From NCBI RefSeq assembly GCF_009914755.1, contig NC_060925.1: DNA of 64,000 nt. One strand, given 5' to 3'. The first letter of the stretch is position 1, and each line of letters starts with the position of its first letter. This DNA is from the human T2T-CHM13v2.0 reference genome, Homo sapiens. Shown here piece by piece: positions 56,730 through 64,000 of this stretch. A model generated the notes under the pieces. The model made no database searches. It had not been told where the DNA came from and saw only the letters and a list, made by a program, of their open reading frames with translations. The position numbers were made by a program, and so were the translations under genes.

Positions 56730-57270
56730 ATTTATTCAGCATAATTAATGGGACAATGGTTTGGGCACTAGAGAACAAAATCTTTACTAGAATAAATAAC
56801 TCCATATAAATTAACAAAATAGTCAAACTTTATTTCTTCTTTTTTTTTGTCTTCAAGCTCCAGTAATAATTAAAGCTGACTATTACAAAAGGGACAACTC
56901 TAGCAGTCAATGGTCTTGATGAATTTTAAAATATATGGGCAGAGCTTCTTAGTCGTATGGATTTTATTTCTATTACTTAACCAGATTTCTTGGTATAATT
57001 CTGAAATTAAGAAATGTACTTTATTGCACAATTGTAGCCCAAGATGATATTGCTTTAAATGTATGATTTAGTCCAGTGCAAACTAGTTTTCTCCAATAAA
57101 AGCCATTTATTTAACTATGAAAAAATCTACTAAATTTTATCTATCATAATTGATACAAAAACTTGCTTTGTGTGCAATAAAGATTTTCATAGCTTGCTTT
57201 ATGAGGAGTAAGGATGACTTTTATATTTTTACTATTAAGATGCTTTAAAAATTTGCTGATATCCTTGTTA
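56730..57270 (-). pseudogene. Channel relic, repeat I, S1-S5 region
   Basis: One frame reads VILTPHKASYENLY...STFLNFRI (cf. IIxPxxxxYxxW...DxxLNFRT). Shifted frames then read KKSG*VIEIKSIR and FIKTIDC*SCPF (cf. GxxxDxxxIR...FxxDxxSxxP), and LSH*LC*I near the S5 position. Confidence 0.55.
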
Positions 57271-57799
57271 TACCTCAGTTTACATAAATGTTATAATTGT
57301 ACTTATAAAAAGCAGCAACTTTTGATAAAATCAGAATGATATTTATATTGTTAAATCCAAAGAATTAAAAATATGAGATATTTAGGACTTGTTTCTTGGT
57401 TATTGCCTAGTTAATAACAAGGGAAGGAAAAGATGCCATCTTGGTTTTAGGGAAAACAGGAAACTGGATAATTCTCAGAAGCAGAATTTTGAGTACAAAG
57501 CACAGTTCTAAAGAGAATAAATATAGTATGATATCTTTTTTGAACTTAGATTTATGCAAGAGACCTTATATTGGTTAATTATGACAACAATGTAGTGAAC
57601 TAGAATTATAAACATAAAATCAAAGTAGAAGTGAAATGAGGTTGGAAAAAGTAGTTAGAGGATTCAACATTATTTAATAGTAAATCAGTTTTTACTATGT
57701 TATACTTTTTTTAGATTTAAGAAATTTTTAATAGTTTTTGTTGTTTTTTTCCTCTATTTTCTAAATAGACATCTGCAAGATGTATTTCTACTTGTTTAA

Positions 57800-58363
57800 T
57801 TAGAAATACACAACGCGACTCTCACTTCTGTCATCAACCACAAATTCAAGAGGTTCACAAAACCTCTTAGGCTTGATGATTCACCAGCCAAACTCACAAA
57901 ACTCACTGAAAGCTGTTATATTAAAATTAGCCAAGGCAAAAAGCATATAGGGCAGAACTCAAGAAAAATACCAATGCCATGCTTTCATTATTCTTTCTCT
58001 GAAAAGTCATGACTGTGTTACTTTCAAGCAGCAATGTATGACAATACCCATGGAATTATAACAACCAGGGAAGCTCACATGAGTCTGGGTACCCAGGGTA
58101 CTTATTAGGACTCCATCTCATAGGCCCAACTGACTGCCCACCTGGCTGCTCTCAATTTCCGGCACCTCAGGAGAGCTAACTGGTGCCACAAGATCCAAAA
58201 ATCCCACCATAAATCTCACTGTTACCTCACTGGCTGTCCCAAGGTTCCCAGACAAAGACACTCCCATAGGGCATGAAATTACAAAGGCTTAGATATTACT
58301 TCCCAGAAGCCTAGGGCAAAGGTTAGAACTTTCTTTAGGCAAGGTTAAATTCTTTACTATACA
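57800..58363. mobile_element. MER21-family LTR
   Basis: actcacaaaactcactgaaagctgttata...cagggaagctcac...ggttaaattctttactataca. Confidence 0.72.
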
Positions 58364-60554
58364 TCTCAAGAAAACAACACAAAATTTATAAATTATCTGG
58401 AATGTGGATTATGGGTGAGTTTAACTTTCTGTAATGTTTTGATGTTTATAATTAACATTTTTTTTTCTGTGGTAGAGAAAAAAGACTCTTCTCACAAAAA
58501 AGAGAAGCTTACATAATTCTGAGATTGGCCATCAGTTGTCATCTTGGGAAAAACACTAGTCTAAAGGTTTTGGCCTTGGCTTTCATACCAGTGTAAATAC
58601 TCAAACACTTTACTATTCAATATATTATCTACATGAAATACCTCCAGAATTAACTCTTTTAACTGACACTTTGTGATTTCGGTACTGGCTTTATATAAAT
58701 AGATGTATCTACTTGAGCAGGGGACAATTTAACTTTGATTTGAGAAGCTATGCATAACCATTAATTTTTAATTTTTTCATCAACCATATTTCTCCAAAAA
58801 TGTTAATCAGATACTTCTATACGGAAGGTGCTATTTTTTCACCTGCTTTGTCCTCTCTTTTTGTTTTTTTATTTTTCTGACTATTCCTTCTACCCCCAAC
58901 CCCACCACCTGGTGTGTATGTGAGCATGTGGTTGTGTGTCTAATTCAAATACATTAGTTTTTATAGTATGAAAAGTAATGTCTCAAGGGCTGATCTGTTG
59001 CTCCACTCTTAGTAAATTCTGATCTTGGAGAATCCATTCATTGTCCTTCTGTGCCAAGAATACAATAGGAAAGAAAAGAATTAGAAAAGTAAAAATAATG
59101 TGTAATGACTGATAGACCAGAATCATTTAGTTTGGAATTTGAGAAATTATATAAACAGTATTTTCTTGGAATCAAGTAAATTCATAAAAGCTACATATTT
59201 GTAGACCAAAGAAAAATCAAAGATATACTTTGAAGATACATCCTACTTTCATTTTGTTGTTGTTGCTGTTTTGTTTTGACTGAATCACATCAAATATTAA
59301 TAGATTTGTCATATCATAATGAAAAAAAGTTTATCGCCATCCTCAATTTTACATTGCTATTTGATTCTTGTGTATCTTTGTACATGAATAAAAGGAGAGT
59401 AATCTCCTCTTCCCTTTCCCAGACGTTAGAAAAATAAAATAAGAAAATTCAATTGCAGCCTGAAAAATTTACCCTCAATAAATTTGTTAAATATTGAACT
59501 GAAATGTTAGGACATCTTTCTCTTCAGTACTTAAAAACCCATGATAAATTTAAATGACCTGAAATATTTGTAAGTCTCTGTGGATAAAAGAATTTCTAAA
59601 GACTTCTCAAGGTATCTTCTATAATCTTTTATCTTTGGAGAAATCTATGACATATTAGGAAAAGTGAAGTAAAAAGGACAATTGATAGACAATAAGAACA
59701 CCAGATTTAAGCTAGTAGATTTCAACAGACAATTTAACACTGTGCTGATAAATTCTTGTCAGCATTTGTCACTCATCAGGGATTTTATAAGAAAAAAAGC
59801 CCTTGTGTGTTCCTTGAGGGTTCTTGGTTCAACAAAAATAAATCTCTTTTGAATTGTGGAGCCCAAGGTGAAAAAGATGCAAGTGCATTGATGTTGATCT
59901 TGGATCTTTGTGCAGAAGAAAGAAAAATACTGGAGCAGGTGCCACTATCTTTTAAGAGTTACCCAGTAAATATCTGTCAAATAGAATAAAATTGAATTGA
60001 ACTATTACTTGTGAAGTCATTTTAATTGCCATATATTGAGGAATAAGTAAAATTGTCTTCTTGACTTTTTGAATATTTCTGATGATTTCTACAAATTGTA
60101 GGATATACTATATATCATAGTTGATGCTAAGCAAATTTGCTTTTTTAGAAATAACATTAATCGAATCAGTTAAAGTATAGGTCTAAAAAACACAAAACAA
60201 TATAAAATGAATAAATGTACCTTAAGATATTTTATTAAAGCTGAAAACAATGCCAAAATTAAAAACTGCCAGGCTATAAATTTTGTTCTTAGATATTTAA
60301 TGTAGATCCAACTGATTATAGATAGATACTATGTTACTCTTGAATTGAACTACTCAACTTAGTAAAGTTCATCTCATGTTAGGAACAGGTTAACTGGAAT
60401 GAAAGGATAATGAGTTTTATGAGTGAATCTATTATATTTTCCATTGTTATAATTTAATTTTAAAGAAGAAAATGTAAAATAGAAATGCATTAGGCAATTT
60501 GTTAAATGTTTTGGAACAATTTTATTTTTAAAACTTTTTTGAGCGTTATGCCCA

Positions 60555-60874
60555 TTTTATTTATTTTATTTTATCATATTGTATTTTTTTCAACTTTTAT
60601 TTTAGAATTAGGGGTACATGTGCAGGTTTGTTACAAAGATGTATTCCATAATGCTGAGGTTTAGAATAAGATTAGTACCCAGTAGGTAGGTTTTCAGTCC
60701 TTGTCTCCTTCCTCCCTCCCTGCTCTAATAGTCCCCAGTGTTTATTGTTCCCATCTTCATGTCCATATGTACCCAATGTTTAACTCCCACTTATAAGTGA
60801 GAACATGAAATATTTGGTCTTCTATATCTGTGTTAATTCATTTAGGATAATGGCCTCCAGCTACATCCATGTTG
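60555..60874 (-). mobile_element. L1PA15/16-like 3' end
   Basis: caacttttattttaga...ggggtacatgtgcaggtttgttaca...ctcccacttataagtgagaacatg. Confidence 0.85.
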
Positions 60875-61197
60875 ATAATCATTATTTTATAGTAAAAGTA
60901 AACTTCCTTCAAACTAAACAATTATATATTTCACTTATGCTTGCCAATTTGCTCTGGCACTTTTTAAGGCTCCTGGGGCTTCTAGGCTTAGTGAGTTTTA
61001 TCTTTCATTCACACAATAATATAAGAATCACTCCTTGGGATTACCAAGGGAAATTAGACACAATTTGTCCCTTATCTTGAAGCTTACATTTAGAGCTGCA
61101 AACTCTGAGTACAAAAAACTCTGTCCAACTCCCTCATCCCTACTCACCCACCACACACATACAGGCAAACACTAAAAGACCAATCTCTAGCATAGAT

Positions 61198-61755
61198 ATG
61201 TGGGCTGTGTCCCTAAAATAACCTCAGCTCTTCTCTTAAAATTCCTGTCTGGGAAAGCTCAATGTTGCCAAAATAATTTGTTTGCTCCAGCCAAAACTTG
61301 ACTGCAGGCCACGACCTCTCTTTTCTTACAGCATTTACTTTAAAGAACTTGCAATTATAAATCTTTTCTTTTCCCCTTTGAGATGTAAATCTTCTACAGT
61401 CCAGAAATGTCTTTCTCAAGGACCTGGAAGTCACCCCTTTGAAATGTAATCATCAAGAAGGTTAGGCCCCTCCTGTCTTCTAGTCTCTGTGAGACTCTAG
61501 AGGCCAGTCTTCAGTAAGGAACAATTAGCAAACACAGATGGCCTAATCAGACTGATCAATCTCCCTCCTCCCTAATGTCTTTCAATACCTTAACTTTCAC
61601 ACACCTTAATGTTTACAAAGCTTTCTGGCCTTTGTTTTTGTGGAGTTGAGCTTTATATGGGAGTTTATATGGAAGTCTCTCTCCTCTCCTGAAGCAGTCA
61701 AAATAAAATCTGTCTTGCCATCTTTAATAAATGTCTGGTTTTGTTGCTCTTTGTT
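61198..61755 (+). mobile_element. MER31-family LTR
   Basis: ccctttgagatgtaaatcttct...ctcaaggacctgg...ttgaaatgtaatcatcaagaa. Confidence 0.65.
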
Positions 61756-61759
61756 GTAT

Positions 61760-62960
61760 GGCAGTGGAATAAATGGGCATTAATCAAATAAACAGATATA
61801 TAATGCCATAACTACAAGTGGTAAGTGATGCTAATCATGAAAATAGCAGGGTACTATGGTGAAGAGTAAAAGCAGTTCTCTTCAGTGTTGGATTGATCAG
61901 AAACGTGATGCATGAGTTGAAACATTAAGAAGGAGAAAAATCATATAAGTAGGCAGATACATATTTTTCCAGGCATAGAAACATAAAATGAAAAATACAA
62001 AAAGTAAGAAAGAGGCTTGGGTATGCTAGGAATGACACATGATCTTGAGCTTTGAACACAGACAGAAATAAAGCATAGTATAGCTGGATAGTTAAACGGG
62101 GTGCATACAATGAAGTACCATCTTTGTCATTGAAAAAGTTTGTGTTTTATTATGAATGCTTTGGAAACCACTGAGGGAAAGAAGTGAAGAGATCACTTAT
62201 TTTTTTTTTCAAATTTTCATAGTATGACCTATATGTAAAATGGATGGGAAAAGAGCAAATATGTAAGTAAGAAGAGGTGCTAGGTCAATTGGGCAGTCCA
62301 GGTGATTAGAATGAAGATAGTTAAGAACAGATAGCTTTGATATATGTTTTTTAGCCAAGAACCATCAATTGGATATTTGGGATAAAGGAAGGGCAACACT
62401 TAAGATATTTCCAAGGTTTCTGGATTTCATAACTAGAGAAATAATTATTCCAGTTCTTGAGACAGGGAGAAAGATTGGCTCTTAAGGGAAAAAAAAATAA
62501 AGCATTCAGTTTTGGATGCGCTAAGTTTAGAAATCTATGAGCTATCCAAGTGGAAATAACAACAGCTCAGTGAAAATATAGTGCCTGGAGCACTACATGT
62601 GAAAGTGTATGGACAGTATTTAAGTGAGTAAGATCATTCTTAGGTTATAACAGAGGAAGAAATGTTCTGAGTATCTGAGTCATTCAGAGAAGAAAGATGC
62701 TAGAAAAGACGAAGAAAGGTGATCAGTGAAACAGTGATACCTGGAAAGGAAACCTCTTCAAACGGCAGGAACAAATGTCTAAGAGTGAGGGTACTGCCAA
62801 TCCTGTAAAATGCCGCTACTGAGTCAAATACAAGAACCTTAAAACAGGCTTGAGTAAAGGAGAATTCATCACTGACCTTGATTAAAGCAGTTTCACTGGA
62901 GTTGTGAAACCTCCACAGATTGCAATGATTTGGAGAATAACTGGAGAGGGTGTTGTAGCA
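61760..62960 (-). mobile_element. L2 fragment
   Basis: ttcagttttggatgcgctaagtttaga...tatccaagtggaaat and cactgaccttgattaaagcagtttcactggagt. Confidence 0.7.
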
Positions 62961-63288
62961 ATATATCATTCCAGGATGTTATAACATGAAAACCTCACAT
63001 TGCCAATATCTAGGAGTACTAGATAATTGCTACTTTCAAATAATTTATTGCTGTTGCAGCAAAAAGTAAAATGACAGAAAAAAATATAGAACAGAAAATC
63101 AGAGAGAAGAGTCCATGAACTGGTGACATGGTAGGGTCTAAAGTTAAGAAAGGAAAGATACCACATTAGTAACTTGGGTATTGCCTTTTAATGTCATATT
63201 GTAACACACCTGCCATTTATCTGCATGATTATAGAGCACATTCTTATCTTTTCTAATACCTTGTTTTTTTACTTCCAGAGTTTGTGTG

Positions 63289-63535
63289 GGCTGGGTGTGG
63301 TGGCTTACACCTGTAATCCCAGCACTTTGGGAGTCTGAGGTGGGAGGATTGCTTACAGTTAGGAGTTTGACACCAGCGTGAGCCACAAAGTGAGACTCTG
63401 TGGCTACAAATAAAAATTATTTTAAAACATAGCCAAGCATGGTGGCATGCACCTGTATTTCCAGCTACTCAGGAAGCTCAGGTGGGAGATCACTGGAGCC
63501 CAGAAGTTCAAGGCTGTGGTAAGCTATGACTGCAA
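63289..63535 (+). mobile_element. AluJ, 3'-truncated
   Basis: Dimer that stops at gctatgactgca with no tail. Confidence 0.9.
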
Positions 63536-63679
63536 TTTGTGTGAATTATGAATAGCTTCCAGGACTCTGTGGTATTGTCCTAGTTAACAAAGTCACTAAT
63601 TATTGCCTGGACAACAGTGATAATCTCCTAACTACATATATCTCACTCTCATTACAAAATGCTTATCATTATACACTTC

Positions 63680-64000
63680 CTTTTTCTTAATTTTAATTTT
63701 TGTGGGTACATAATAGGTGTATATATTTATGAGTTACATGAAATATTCTGATACAGGTATGCAATACATAATCACATCAGGGTAGATGGGGTGTTCTTCA
63801 CCTCAAGCATTTATCCTTTGTGTCACAAACAATCTAATTATACACTTTCAGTTATTTTAAAATATACAATTGAATTATTTCTGATTACAGTTACCCTACT
63901 GTGCTGGCAAATACTAGGACTTATTCATTCTTTCTAATTTTTTTGTACCCATTAACCTTCCCCACTTCCCCTCACATCCCACTATCCTTCCTAGCCTCTG
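63680..64000 (-). mobile_element. L1MA (about L1MA3) 3' end running off the window
   Basis: ttttgtgggtacataataggtgtatatatttatg...cacatcagggtagatgggg...cctcaagcatttatcc. Confidence 0.85.

Overview
AT-rich human genomic DNA (it carries a human-specific AluYb8). Roughly half is interspersed repeats (Alu, L1, L2, MIR, ERV/MaLR LTRs, MITEs), and I see no intact protein-coding gene. The main result is in the unique sequence between the repeats. Translated on the minus strand across stops and frameshifts, it gives four successive co-oriented copies of the cyclic-nucleotide-binding-domain (CNBD) channel module, each ordered S1-S5, pore/S6, C-linker, CNBD: repeat I about 57.3-49.3 kb, II 45.3-40.7 kb, III 30.6-27.8 kb, IV 5.8-1.6 kb. 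Several pieces keep splice sites. This is the architecture of the four-repeat K+-selective CNG channel CNGK (tetraKCNG) of sea urchin and fish sperm, so the window most likely holds a heavily decayed unitary pseudogene of that channel. The call comes from motif matching by eye and needs a profile or tblastn search. Other notable items: three 5'-inverted (twin-primed) L1 insertions, a perfect 241-bp tandem duplication, a 29-bp-stem hairpin inside an LTR, an AT palindrome array and a half MADE1. Repeat subfamily names come from recalled consensus sequences and boundaries are approximate.
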